Part shown: one piece after another, positions 1 to 10,366 of the stretch
Layout: the number at the start of each line of letters is the position of its first letter
Numbering within the stretch: position 1 is the first letter of the stretch
Origin: a virus
Taxonomy: Duplodnaviria > Caudoviricetes
Length of the DNA: 64,000 nucleotides
Strand: one strand, 5' to 3'
IMG/VR virus record: IMGVR_UViG_3300028886_000036
Coordinates: 1 to 64,000 of that record
Translations under genes and position numbers: made by a program
The notes under the pieces: generated by a model
The model's database searches: none
What the model was told of the DNA's origin: nothing
Seen by the model: the letters and a program-made list of their open reading frames with translations, nothing else

Positions 1-2256
1 CATACTGGACATACCGATATCTCCACCAAGATTATCGAAGTCTCCACCCATACCAGAATCAATTCCGCCCATATCAAAACCGCCCATATCTCCACCCATA
101 CCCATTCCTCCACCCATCATACCCATATCTCCGCCCATGCCCATATCTCCACCCATTTGGTTTTGATCTTGAGGCTGAGCAAATGCTTTAGACTCGACTT
201 TATTCCAATCGACTTCGGGTATAACTTTAGCTTTAGCATCTTTAGGAGTATAACCAAGAGTCTGCCAGATATTAATTTCATTCTGTCTATTAGAAAGAAT
301 TTCAGTTCTATTGCCAGACATAAGACCCTGAGGTGCTGGAAAAGTAACTCTAATCATCTCATAATTAGAATCAATGCTTTTAGATTTTCTATGCATTAAA
401 ACATAAATCTTCTGTATTAAAGAAGTAATTTGATCTGTAAACATCATCTGTAATCTAATGATAGATCTAGCAAAAAGAATAGATTCCTGTGATAAGGTAT
501 TTCTAGAATTAGTAAACTCTTCAATACCAAGCAATGAAGGAGGAATCTCAATACCGGTTAAAATATTTTTTAATAACTTATCATCTTCAGCATCTCTTTC
601 TGAAGCTGACCCAAGATCCAATGTTTCAATATTAACCATTCTTTTACCATCTTTAGATGGAATATACACATCATCAAAGGTGGTTAAGTATTTAAAAACT
701 GTATCAAGTGAGTTAATATCATCACCAGTAATTTCTCTCTTTTTTAAAGCTCTTCTAACAGCTTCAATTCTATTTCTAGCATCGTGATCATTAGTACAAT
801 CAACTTCAACTAATAAGTGTCTACCAGCTCTAGCTAATGCATAAATAGTAGATGAAACTAATCTACTAAGATACATCTTAATCATTGGTAATAAGTTATA
901 GAAGTATGATTCGCCATATGGATCAAACTCTTCAGAGTCATTCTTAAAGTGCTGGATATTCTCTATAGGAATAAATCTAACTACTACATCTCCCTTAATA
1001 TTATTCTTAAGGATATTAGTAATAGTGTCTTTAAGATCATCTGGGATCTCATCAACAGCTTTGTCTTTAAGATAAACTAAGACTGATTTATATAACTTAT
1101 CTATGAGCTCATTAGAAGAATTAAGTTCATCATCAAATGGTTTGTTTTTGTTTTGTGATGAAACACCATTCTTACTATTAAGAACATCAACATAGAGATA
1201 GCCCATAATCCAGTTTCTTTTTCTGATTATAACAATATTTCTAGGATTATGATCTATAAGTCTAATCTTGTTAACTGGAATAATAGTCTGTTTATTACCA
1301 GAGGCACTACTATTCTGTTCTGGTTTAAACTCAATAGTTTTTGTACCATCATCATTAGAACTAATTTTATTAACAAAGTCAGTAATCTTATTAGAATTAT
1401 CTTCTGAATCAGCTGGAACAAATGTAACGGTTTTAGTTGGGCCATTATATGTATTATCTGGGTTATCTGGATCAACTAACTTATAGTTAGATTCCATAAT
1501 ATGATTAACTCCATCATTAAAGTCTCCACTATAATAATCTTCTCTAATGAAACTTGGATTAGTGTAGTTTAAGAATGAGAAATCTAATGTAGGAGTTTCT
1601 TCATAGAATACAGACATCTCTTTAATAGATGAGTCCCTATCATCTTTAAACTTATACTTTTCTTCTTTAAGGATAATATTGTTAAGTTTAGCTGTATGAA
1701 TAAAATCTGACTTTACGGTAGTAATCTCATAAAACCTATCCCCTTCAATTAAAACATTAGTGATAAGCTTTCTAATGATCTCATCCAATCTAATGGCTTT
1801 AACTATATTCTGAAATTCATCAATTAATGGGTTGAACTTATCAGTATCTTCCTTTTCAGAATCTACCTTAGCAACTACCTGTATTGAAATCTTAGTAATA
1901 TCGTCCGGCGATAAGATATTATCAACAAATATTCTAACAGCTCTAGTCAATATAGGTAACTTTCTTATAACTGATTGTATATCGTCATAGATATCAATTC
2001 TTTTCTGTGATGCAAATGTACCAACCAGATCTTTTGATAACTGATCTACAATGTCATTATTAGACATCTTTCTATTAGCATATAATGAGTCTCTAAACAA
2101 CTCAAAATATGAATTGCGCTTATTAGGGTCTACTGTAGATATTGAAGATAATGAATCTATTCTAGAATCAAGATTAGAATCACCAACTAAATCTTTACCT
2201 CCACCACCATTAATAGTAGACATTATATTTTTTACTTGATTAAACAAAGAAGGCAT
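1..2256 (-). CDS. Portal protein, T4 gp20-like (3' end runs off the window)
   Basis: Not in the ORF track. ATG at 2256 follows AGGAGGTGA; frame checked at several points and open to position 1. Motifs RIDIYDDIQSV..PIL.RAV.IFVDNILSPD, LIEGDRFYEI, DPYGESYF, IYALARA, DDVYIP..DG..IETL, IPPSLLG and SQESILFARSIIRLQ follow the gp20-type portal layout. C-terminal GGDMG low-complexity tail. Confidence 0.85.
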   Translation of the reverse strand, partial: MPSLFNQVKNIMSTINGGGGKDLVGDSNLDSRIDSLSSISTVDPNKRNSYFELFRDSLYANRKMSNNDIVDQLSKDLVGTFASQKRIDIYDDIQSVIRKLPILTRAVRIFVDNILSPDDITKISIQVVAKVDSEKEDTDKFNPLIDEFQNIVKAIRLDEIIRKLITNVLIEGDRFYEITTVKSDFIHTAKLNNIILKEEKYKFKDDRDSSIKEMSVFYEETPTLDFSFLNYTNPSFIREDYYSGDFNDGVNHIMESNYKLVDPDNPDNTYNGPTKTVTFVPADSEDNSNKITDFVNKISSNDDGTKTIEFKPEQNSSASGNKQTIIPVNKIRLIDHNPRNIVIIRKRNWIMGYLYVDVLNSKNGVSSQNKNKPFDDELNSSNELIDKLYKSVLVYLKDKAVDEIPDDLKDTITNILKNNIKGDVVVRFIPIENIQHFKNDSEEFDPYGESYFYNLLPMIKMYLSRLVSSTIYALARAGRHLLVEVDCTNDHDARNRIEAVRRALKKREITGDDINSLDTVFKYLTTFDDVYIPSKDGKRMVNIETLDLGSASERDAEDDKLLKNILTGIEIPPSLLGIEEFTNSRNTLSQESILFARSIIRLQMMFTDQITSLIQKIYVLMHRKSKSIDSNYEMIRVTFPAPQGLMSGNRTEILSNRQNEINIWQTLGYTPKDAKAKVIPEVDWNKVESKAFAQPQDQNQMGGDMGMGGDMGMMGGGMGMGGDMGGFDMGGIDSGMGGDFDNLGGDIGMSSM

Positions 2257-2265
2257 ACTTAACTA

Positions 2266-2727
2266 TCACCTCCTATTATTAAGTTCGTTCTGAATCTGCT
2301 GATTCATTCTTAAGGTTGCATCTTTTAGAGTTTCCATTTCACCTAATACATCAGCATCATTAACAATTTTACCCTGGTATGTTTCAAATAATAAAGCTTC
2401 AATTCGGATAAGTAAGTTCTGTTCAATCTCATCTTTAGATAAATATAATAAGACTTCATTGTAAATATAAGATGAAATGTTATTTACTACATAGTTAAAG
2501 CACTCTTTAATGCGTTGTTTATAATCAGTATCAGATATAACTTTATTGTCTAAAGTTAAATCAAAAGTCATTTCTCTACTGGCATAAAACTGCATTAACA
2601 TATTAGTATGTGTTTCAAACATACTCAATGCTTTCTGATAAGCATCATTATCTTTCATATTTCTCCACGGTAAAAACATATAATAGAGAAATATCATAGT
2701 CAGTATAGTTATAATTAATGGAATCAC
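2266..2727 (-). CDS. Hypothetical protein with N-terminal transmembrane helix
   Basis: 153 aa, hydrophobic N-terminus; its stop overlaps the portal SD. Confidence 0.7.
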   Translation of the reverse strand: MIPLIITILTMIFLYYMFLPWRNMKDNDAYQKALSMFETHTNMLMQFYASREMTFDLTLDNKVISDTDYKQRIKECFNYVVNNISSYIYNEVLLYLSKDEIEQNLLIRIEALLFETYQGKIVNDADVLGEMETLKDATLRMNQQIQNELNNRR

Positions 2728-3029
2728 TTACTGTTTCTTCCCTTTACAGAAGATCTAACTTCGTCATCTGATACTATTGAACTCATCATAAATAAGAAAT
2801 GATCCTTATTAATAAAAATGATATCATCTTTAGTAGTGCCAAGATTCAACCAAACAAACTGATTATCAGTTTGGGATATAGCTTTTGTAATCTCTTTAAG
2901 CCTATCAGTATCCATATCTGGTATAGTAAGTATTGTCTTTTCTCCACCAGTATAGCAAAAGATTAATCTTCTCCAGGTAGGTGATTCATTTACAGTATTT
3001 TCATTAAGTGTGATTATATTAGTGTCCAT
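2724..3029 (-). CDS. Hypothetical protein
   Basis: 101 aa, AAAGGA SD, 4-bp overlap with the next gene. Confidence 0.7.
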   Translation of the reverse strand: MDTNIITLNENTVNESPTWRRLIFCYTGGEKTILTIPDMDTDRLKEITKAISQTDNQFVWLNLGTTKDDIIFINKDHFLFMMSSIVSDDEVRSSVKGRNSK

Positions 3030-3068
3030 AGTTAAACCAAATCCTTTCTTTATTATAATTATTATGAT

Positions 3069-3100
3069 AAAAGAGGGATATCATATAGATACCCCTCTTA
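3069..3100 (-). terminator. Intrinsic terminator
   Basis: AAGAGGG..CCCTCTT hairpin with T-run on the minus strand, downstream of 3110-3280. Confidence 0.6.
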
Positions 3101-3109
3101 TATGATTAA

Positions 3110-3280
3110 CTACTTTGTTTCAGAAATCTCTTCTATTACAACTCCACCTGCTTTAAGAATCGCAATCTGATTAGAATACAACTCTACAATAGCTGGAGTT
3201 TTTATATTATACCCAAAAGAAGTCAATTTACCATACGAAGTAATTTTAACCCTTTTCTTTTCCTTAGTAGTTGGTTGCAT
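3110..3280 (-). CDS. Small basic hypothetical protein (56 aa, MQPTTKEKK...)
   Basis: Start reassigned to ATG 3280 (GGTGG SD) to avoid overlap with the upstream gene. Confidence 0.6.
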   Translation of the reverse strand: MQPTTKEKKRVKITSYGKLTSFGYNIKTPAIVELYSNQIAILKAGGVVIEEISETK

Positions 3281-3317
3281 AAAACCACCACTTTCTTTAG
3301 TTTTTATTATTCTATTA

Positions 3318-5885
3318 TTAACCCCTGAGGTTAATGAGCTTCTTTGCATTCTCCTGTTCCGAGAGTCTTTTGAGAACTGCATAAGGATTGTAGGAAGTTC
3401 TATCAATCATTGTAATCTTAGCAGCCTCTGAAACCTGGATCTGATCATTGCTCTTCCAAGGACTCTTCTTGCCCATCTTCTCATTATAGAAGTCAAGGAC
3501 ATTACGAATCTTCTTTAAAGCAGACTCGGAGAATCTAAGGATAAATGAAGGTGAAGCAAATAACTGAGTAGCCTCATTAATAGCCTCAGGAATGATTTGA
3601 GCTTTGCCCTCAACCATAGAAGCAATTGGGAACTTATAATCTGAAGGATCAGCGCCCTCATTAAGCCAGTAAAGGTGAGTAAGCTTAAGAAGATTGGTGT
3701 TAACCTTTGACTCCGACTTATAAGCAGTCTCAACTAAAAGCTTACCAGCATTAACGCCATCCCAGGTAGCATTCTCAGCAATGGGAAGAGCCTTTGTAGG
3801 AACAGAAACCTCAGAAACCACCTGAGAATCTCTAATCTCCTTAGAAACTGTAGTTGAACCAGTACCAAAAGCGTTATTAAGAGTCTTAAGAACAGAATTC
3901 ATCTCGGACTTATTAAAGTTACCAAGAATTGAATTCTCAAGAGTCTTACCTTCCTTAAAGTTAAGCTCATCAGCACCATTCTGAGCGGTTTTAGTAGCAT
4001 TAGTATTAACTGTATTTGGCTTCTTGCCAACATAATCAGCAATACCACTTAACTCAGGATAAGCTATAGCACTTTCCTTAACCATCTTAAATTTCTTACC
4101 CTTCTTAGCAGGCTTTTTAGCTAAGGCTTTCTTAACTGCCTTCTTAACATTCTTCTTCTTATTACCTTTCTTTTTAGCAGCTTCCTGGATTACAGTCATA
4201 ACCTTATAATAGTTATCGGTAAGAGACATTTCTTCATCCTCATCATCAATAGCCTTTCCATTACTTGAGACAACATTAACATCATCGTCATCAGTAATGT
4301 CTTCAGCTTCATCAGGAGAACCTAATGTACTTTCACCATCTTCAACAGCGCCATTACCGACATCAGTTAATGCTCCATCATCTTCAAGCGAGTCACTAAT
4401 ATCACCAATAATATCATCAGAGTCGTCATCTAAAGGTTTAGCCATAAGTTTGCCACCATCTTTATGCGAATCCTCGTCATCTTCTCTCATAATATTACGA
4501 AGTCTTTTGCTCATCCAGCGAAGCTCTTCAGCCTCTTCTGGCTGAATTGTACCTTTTTCAATGGGGATGTCAGCGTCTTCAACTTCTCCCTCATTACCAT
4601 TAAGATCGTCTTCTTCGGCCTCTGAGTCATCAATTTCACACTCGCAATCAACTGGTCTATCCCCAGTCTTACAAGAAGGATCTGAGGTAAGAGGACTATC
4701 AGATCTTTCATCTTCAGCAAGAATATTATTTAAAGCTCTCATAACGGCAGATTCTGAAACATCTAAATCATCATCATCTTCGCTGTCATCATCGTCATCC
4801 ATATCTTCGTCTTCGACATCCTCATCATCAAGATCATCATCCAGATCATCGTCATCATCCGAAACATCATCTATATCAGCATCATCATCCTCGACTAAGC
4901 CAGGATATTTTGCATTGTAACTCGCCCCAGTAAAGCCTGAACCTTCAGACATATCGTCCATGTCTGCATCATCTAAATCCTCATCAGAATCCATTTCAAC
5001 ATCTTCACCCGAATCAACATCTGGGACATATGTTGAGTCACCAACAGTAACTTCAACATCATTTGGATCTATATCTTCTGGAAGATCTACGGAAATAGCG
5101 CCAGAAACATCGCCATCATCTTCCATATCATCTAAATCAGTCTCTGGTTCACTGCTAACAACCTCAGTATCGTCTAAACCTTCATCACCTTCGAACAAAA
5201 AGCCCTCTGCTAAATCATCATCTTCAGGAAGCTCTTCGTCATCGTCTTCTAATTCAACGTCTCCTTCTAACTCATCATCGTCTTCAAGCTCATCAGACAT
5301 ATCGTCTTCATCTTCTGGAAGTTCGTCATCAAGATCTTCATCACCTTCGAAGAAAACCGATCCTTCAGCTAAATCGTCATCTTCGACATCCTCCTCATCG
5401 TCATCTTCAGGAAGATCTTCATCAGAATCTAAATCCGAATCAACATCCTCGTCATCCACATCATCAACATCGTCATCAAGATCCTCATCATCTTCCGCGA
5501 AACCGCATTCATCTAAATCAGGATCTTCGTCATCACCTTCATCTCCAAAACCAGTTTCGCCATCATCCTCAAAATCTTCATCATCGTCTTCCATATCATC
5601 AACTGCATCCGAATCGTCATCTAATTCGACATTATCACCTTCCGGAAGATCCTCATCATCTTCCTTAAGAATGCTATCGACATACTTTAATGTAGCCTCA
5701 ATAGCAGCAACTGATCCGCCAACCTTTTCAGGATCAGTTTCATCAACATCTTCCCAAGCAGTTAATGATGGATTAGTCTTTCCACCAGTCATACCAAGAA
5801 GATCGCTACCAACTTCAGTATTTAAATCAATGCCATTTGAAGCTGGAACCTTATGTGTCTTAGTTATAATTTTCTTTCTAGCCAT
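3318..5885 (-). CDS. Extremely acidic head scaffold/core-like protein
   Basis: 855 aa with a ~480-aa D/E-rich tract and a Lys-rich patch; many hydrophobic-x-E motifs (LAEG, FFEG, VSES, MRED, IQEA, VKES, LNEG); close to the portal; GAGG SD. Confidence 0.6.
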   Translation of the reverse strand: MARKKIITKTHKVPASNGIDLNTEVGSDLLGMTGGKTNPSLTAWEDVDETDPEKVGGSVAAIEATLKYVDSILKEDDEDLPEGDNVELDDDSDAVDDMEDDDEDFEDDGETGFGDEGDDEDPDLDECGFAEDDEDLDDDVDDVDDEDVDSDLDSDEDLPEDDDEEDVEDDDLAEGSVFFEGDEDLDDELPEDEDDMSDELEDDDELEGDVELEDDDEELPEDDDLAEGFLFEGDEGLDDTEVVSSEPETDLDDMEDDGDVSGAISVDLPEDIDPNDVEVTVGDSTYVPDVDSGEDVEMDSDEDLDDADMDDMSEGSGFTGASYNAKYPGLVEDDDADIDDVSDDDDDLDDDLDDEDVEDEDMDDDDDSEDDDDLDVSESAVMRALNNILAEDERSDSPLTSDPSCKTGDRPVDCECEIDDSEAEEDDLNGNEGEVEDADIPIEKGTIQPEEAEELRWMSKRLRNIMREDDEDSHKDGGKLMAKPLDDDSDDIIGDISDSLEDDGALTDVGNGAVEDGESTLGSPDEAEDITDDDDVNVVSSNGKAIDDEDEEMSLTDNYYKVMTVIQEAAKKKGNKKKNVKKAVKKALAKKPAKKGKKFKMVKESAIAYPELSGIADYVGKKPNTVNTNATKTAQNGADELNFKEGKTLENSILGNFNKSEMNSVLKTLNNAFGTGSTTVSKEIRDSQVVSEVSVPTKALPIAENATWDGVNAGKLLVETAYKSESKVNTNLLKLTHLYWLNEGADPSDYKFPIASMVEGKAQIIPEAINEATQLFASPSFILRFSESALKKIRNVLDFYNEKMGKKSPWKSNDQIQVSEAAKITMIDRTSYNPYAVLKRLSEQENAKKLINLRG

Positions 5886-6023
5886 ATTTAATATGACCTC
5901 CTCATTGAATTATTTGTATACTCTCATATAATAATCATGTTCATAATAGAATGAGTAGTAACATTTAAATTTAAACAAAAATACCTAAAATTTGACCAAA
6001 AATAATTCTAACAAATAATAGGG

Positions 6024-7013
6024 ATGTTTGCTTCAATATTTGTTAAGAAAAAAATCTGTAAGGATGTGAGGTTTTTTACAACAAATGCCGTGAATATTTT
6101 AGATAATGCTAAAGTAAAAAAGCTGGCAGTTCTTATCGAACAGATTTGTAAAACAGAAGGAAGATACATTGATAAAATCGCTGTATCTCCTGATCAGGCA
6201 ATTAAATCAATACTTAACCAGTATTCAGAGTTTAGGCCAAGTGTAGAAGCTTGCTTAAAAGACAGAAAGAACTATGTAAATGAGATAATAAGATTTAGTC
6301 AAAATAATGAAGCTATAAAAGATAACGTATCTTTAGCTTGGTTTAAGAAATTCTTAAAATACATATTAGAATGTGTTAAACATGGATTACATTTAGCTAA
6401 ATCTTTCTTGAACAAAATCTTGGGAATTAATTTAACTGAAGCTTCTAGTAAAGATTTTCTAAAAAACTATAAGCCAGCAGTTACTGTTGGATCAGCTATA
6501 TTATGTGGTACAGGACTTTGTTTAGGAATAGTTTCAGCTGTAGTTCTTTTAGGTATAAGCCTTTGGCTATTTGCTACAGGTAAGATAATTAAAAAATTGA
6601 GCTCTAAGCCAAGTATACTTGAAAAACTCAAGCAAAAAGGTACTAAATGGTTTGGTAGAGAGGAAGATGATCTGCCTGATGATCTTGCTCCTCCAGATTT
6701 AGATGTACCAAATGTTACTATGAGTTTTAATGTTAATACTTCAGAATCTTTATTACAATATGCACAAGACAAAGCAAAGTATAAATTGCTACAAGTATGT
6801 ATTAAATGTCTTTGTATTTTTTGTTTAAAATCAGTATTAGCATTATATATGTCTTCTGATTTGGCTTGGGGTGTTACTATGCTTATAGCAGTTTTTACAC
6901 CCGGTATGAATCTAATAACTTATGTATTAATTTGGATATTTATCGGATGTTGTTCGGCTTATAAACTTTTGACATATGATAGTATTAAGATTAATGAACC
7001 TGAAATGGTGTAA
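6024..7013 (+). CDS. Multi-pass membrane protein, putative virion-packaged
   Basis: 329 aa, two hydrophobic clusters. Confidence 0.6.
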   Translation: MFASIFVKKKICKDVRFFTTNAVNILDNAKVKKLAVLIEQICKTEGRYIDKIAVSPDQAIKSILNQYSEFRPSVEACLKDRKNYVNEIIRFSQNNEAIKDNVSLAWFKKFLKYILECVKHGLHLAKSFLNKILGINLTEASSKDFLKNYKPAVTVGSAILCGTGLCLGIVSAVVLLGISLWLFATGKIIKKLSSKPSILEKLKQKGTKWFGREEDDLPDDLAPPDLDVPNVTMSFNVNTSESLLQYAQDKAKYKLLQVCIKCLCIFCLKSVLALYMSSDLAWGVTMLIAVFTPGMNLITYVLIWIFIGCCSAYKLLTYDSIKINEPEMV

Positions 7014-7021
7014 GACAAGAA

Positions 7022-7699
7022 ATGACAGCTCAACCAAAAGAGTTCTTAAATGAACCATCGCTTGAAATTAGTTATAAGAGGCTTCAACCTTTTTTAAATA
7101 ATAAGAGTTTTAAGTATAGTTTAAACTTTCTTAATAACAATTATAATCTCTCTGAAGGATCTAAAATATCTTTAAAAGCTTTTAAGAAAATCTTTTTAGA
7201 TATGATATCAAAGTTTAAAGATGATGTAAGAGAAGATTTTGATGATAAGTATAAACAAAAAGGCTGGAGCAAGTTTTTTAATAAACTTAAAAAATTCTTT
7301 CACAAAGTGTGGAATAGAGCTTTCAGTATAGTATGTAGTGTTACTGCTAGTGCTGTAGTATTTACATTAGGGTTTGTATGCTTACAATCTCTAATGGCAG
7401 CAATAATAGCTTGTAGTATTTATACAATGATTACTTTTAGTATTAAATACTTTGCTTCTATCAACAGTAATACTAATATGTTCTATGAACCTGGGTATGT
7501 TGGGATACCTAAGCTAAGCTCTATAATAGACTTTTTTAAGTTTATGTATAAGTTTATTAAAGATACTATAGTAAAAGTATTTAATTGGTTCTTCTATGAG
7601 ATAGAAGATGATAATAAGAAAGATATTCTTGTAAGAAGACGTAGAATCTTTTTATTAGGAGTTATTAGTGTACTAGTTATATGTATGATGGTGATTTAA
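7022..7699 (+). CDS. Membrane protein
   Basis: 225 aa, about 3 hydrophobic segments, LNEP/LSEG/VRED motifs. Confidence 0.6.
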   Translation: MTAQPKEFLNEPSLEISYKRLQPFLNNKSFKYSLNFLNNNYNLSEGSKISLKAFKKIFLDMISKFKDDVREDFDDKYKQKGWSKFFNKLKKFFHKVWNRAFSIVCSVTASAVVFTLGFVCLQSLMAAIIACSIYTMITFSIKYFASINSNTNMFYEPGYVGIPKLSSIIDFFKFMYKFIKDTIVKVFNWFFYEIEDDNKKDILVRRRRIFLLGVISVLVICMMVI

Positions 7700-7946
7700 A
7701 ATAATCACATATACTATGATCTTAATAAATAAACTAGTTATTAAGTTTAGTTAACAATTATAAAAATAGAACTGACACAGATTTAAGTCATAGTTCTAGC
7801 ATTGCTAAAAAGATGAATATTATTAAAATAGTTTAAGTAATGCCAGAGTCAACTTAAATGGGTTGTCTAGTGCTATAGATACAAATCATAATATAATGAC
7901 AGGAATAAACAATGTTCCTGCATCAAATTTAGGAGGAATAAATAAT

Positions 7947-8891
7947 ATGGCTAAGCCTTTTTATAATTTAGGTAATGCATTTACTGCTGGTGGTCCTATT
8001 TCTGCTGGTGGTGCTCTTGTTAACAACGCTGCTGATTCATTTGCTTTCGGTATGGATACTGGAGCTGGTGATGTTGATTGGGCCGGTTTCGGTGCTAAAC
8101 TTAAGACCGGTTTTGGGAAGTTCGTTGATGCTTCCAAAACTACACCTTATGTTAAGAAAGCTATGGAAATGCAGAAGATGAACACTGTATTAACTAATGC
8201 TGGCATTACAAATGGAAATATAAAGACCCTTGTCGGTACATTACAGAATCCGATTAAGAACATTAAATCCTTAGGTAAGGGTATGAACGCAGCTATGAAG
8301 GGTGTAAAGGCTGGTACAGCCGAGGTTAGTCAGGGTATTATGGCGGCTAAAAGAGCATTAGGAATTCCTGAGAAAACTTTCATGCAGAAAACCGCTGACT
8401 TCTTTACAAAAATGTGGAATAGGATTTATGAGGTTATTTTTAAGCCAATTTCAGAGTTCTTTGGTAGTATTTGGGATAAAATCGTTGGTGTTTTTAAACT
8501 TATTGGTGAGAAATTATATCAGTGGATAGGAAAGCCATTTATGGATTATATTTACAATCCAATTAAAGGTGCTTTAGGTTCTAAAGTTGGTGGTAGCGAT
8601 GTTACGTGGGGTAATGTTTTATTAGTTGGGTTGTTAGTTCTTGCTGCAGCTGCAGTTATGTACTATATTGTTAAGTGGGTTTATGCCAAGTATAAAAATT
8701 GGAGGGCTAAGAGCTCCGGTCGTGTTCGTGAATCGTATATCAATACTCTTAATCGCCAGTCATTTATCGAGGCTAAGAATGTTGCTAGCTTCCTTAAGGA
8801 AAATACTTCTATGAGTAAGAAGGAGTGCAATAAGGTTGCTAACTATGTTTATAAGAGCAGCCTTACTAGAAAGATTAATAATCTTATCTAA
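7947..8891 (+). CDS. Probably abundant Gly/Ala-rich amphipathic membrane protein
   Basis: Start at ATG 7947 after AGGAGG; codon usage rich in GCT/GGT/AAG; TM segment VLLVGLLVLAAAAVMYY; C-terminal VRES/FIEA/LKEN motifs; own terminator. Confidence 0.7.
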   Translation: MAKPFYNLGNAFTAGGPISAGGALVNNAADSFAFGMDTGAGDVDWAGFGAKLKTGFGKFVDASKTTPYVKKAMEMQKMNTVLTNAGITNGNIKTLVGTLQNPIKNIKSLGKGMNAAMKGVKAGTAEVSQGIMAAKRALGIPEKTFMQKTADFFTKMWNRIYEVIFKPISEFFGSIWDKIVGVFKLIGEKLYQWIGKPFMDYIYNPIKGALGSKVGGSDVTWGNVLLVGLLVLAAAAVMYYIVKWVYAKYKNWRAKSSGRVRESYINTLNRQSFIEAKNVASFLKENTSMSKKECNKVANYVYKSSLTRKINNLI

Positions 8892-8916
8892 TTTAAGCTA
8901 TTAAACTACTAATTAT

Positions 8917-8951
8917 ATGCCTAGGTCTTATATAGGCCTAGGCATTTTTTT
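8917..8951 (+). terminator. Intrinsic terminator
   Basis: ATGCCTAGG..CCTAGGCAT followed by TTTTTT. Confidence 0.85.
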
Positions 8952-8977
8952 AATATAAAGAAGGTGAGATAAGATTA

Positions 8978-10366
8978 ATGAGTGATAAAAATGTTAATGG
9001 TTATACTAACGTAGGTCAAGGTACAAATTTATTTAATAATACAGATGTTAATGATTATACAAATACAACTTCTAAATCTGGGCAAAGTTTCAAACCTGGA
9101 GAAGCTCTTGGGGATACACTTACAGGATCAACTGAAGGCAATTTTGGCAAAACCGCAGTTAAACCAGGAGGAGTTGACCAAACTGTAAGCTCTGATAGAA
9201 CTGGAAATACTCGTGATGCTAATATAAAACTTGATGCTGTAAATAACTCTGCATTTATACAGCCAAATCCCAAAGTTCCACCGGCTCCGGAAAGACCAGA
9301 ACCTCCGGTTAAACCTGCAGAAGCTCCAGCAGCCCCTATAACTCCAACTCAAACAACCGCTGGTACATCGTCTCCGATTAAACCTGCTCAACCTACAATG
9401 ACACCGACTACTGATAATATAATCAAATTAATCCCATCTAAGAAACAGATTAGTGAGATGTCTAGAGAAGAACTTATAAATCTTAGAAGCTTTCTTATTA
9501 AGCATTGTTATAAGGAAGCTATGCAAACATATGATATTTATAATGTAAAAAGATTTGCTAAGGAATGTTTCAAGACACATAATATGATTCCAGTAGTTTT
9601 GAATCAATATTATCCAGATGTTATTACCGATAATATCCAAAAAGTATATACTAAATTATTAGAGCTATCTAATGTAGAGGGTAATGGAGAAAATATTAAG
9701 AATGCAGTTCAAACACAATTAGATTATACAATGAAATTATTTTCTACTTCAACGGATTGGATTGGCATAGTATTAAGCAAGAAATTGGGAGAGTGGTCTC
9801 CTTTCTTTAAGAATACTACTATGGAAAATATGACTATTGGAAAATTCTTTATGGCAGCTGCATTGTGTGCATCTATTGTGTATCTCGTTAAAAAATTCTT
9901 TAAGTCAAAGTATTTTTTAGGTATTGGAGATAAGTATGATTTCTCTGATAGTACTAATAGAGCATACTTTGATTCTAGAATGAAGAATTTTAAAGAAGAT
10001 GTTGATGCTAAGCTTAAAGAGTATATGAGCAAAGATATACCTACTGATGTTTTAATGATAAACTCCATTATACTTAAAGCAGAGGCTATGTCATTAGGAT
10101 TATTGTTATCAGTTGCATACCAAAACTTAGATGAGTATAACATTCCATTAAATATCTTAGTTCTTACAGAAGTTTGTTGTTCAATGGTATTGTTATGGGA
10201 TAAATTATTAGGTAGAAAACTTAAAAAGTCAAAATCTACAAGCAATCTCTATGATGTTATTTCAGATAAGCTATCTATCTCTATGGGCGTTAATCCTAAT
10301 AATCCTAGTAGAGATATTTTTAGTAAATTAAATAAATATTCTAGAAGTCTTTCAAATGAAAAATAG
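8978..10366 (+). CDS. Hypothetical protein with Pro/Thr-rich linker and TM segments
   Basis: 462 aa, AAGGTGA SD. Confidence 0.7.
   Translation: MSDKNVNGYTNVGQGTNLFNNTDVNDYTNTTSKSGQSFKPGEALGDTLTGSTEGNFGKTAVKPGGVDQTVSSDRTGNTRDANIKLDAVNNSAFIQPNPKVPPAPERPEPPVKPAEAPAAPITPTQTTAGTSSPIKPAQPTMTPTTDNIIKLIPSKKQISEMSREELINLRSFLIKHCYKEAMQTYDIYNVKRFAKECFKTHNMIPVVLNQYYPDVITDNIQKVYTKLLELSNVEGNGENIKNAVQTQLDYTMKLFSTSTDWIGIVLSKKLGEWSPFFKNTTMENMTIGKFFMAAALCASIVYLVKKFFKSKYFLGIGDKYDFSDSTNRAYFDSRMKNFKEDVDAKLKEYMSKDIPTDVLMINSIILKAEAMSLGLLLSVAYQNLDEYNIPLNILVLTEVCCSMVLLWDKLLGRKLKKSKSTSNLYDVISDKLSISMGVNPNNPSRDIFSKLNKYSRSLSNEK

Noticed and set aside
157-2239. Short ORFs listed over the first 2.2 kb (and those within 58.7-64 kb)
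   Set aside because: Overlap the unlisted portal and tape-measure reading frames.
4297-5931. Long Ser-rich plus-strand ORFs
   Set aside because: Antisense shadows of GAT/GAA codons in the acidic protein; no SD.
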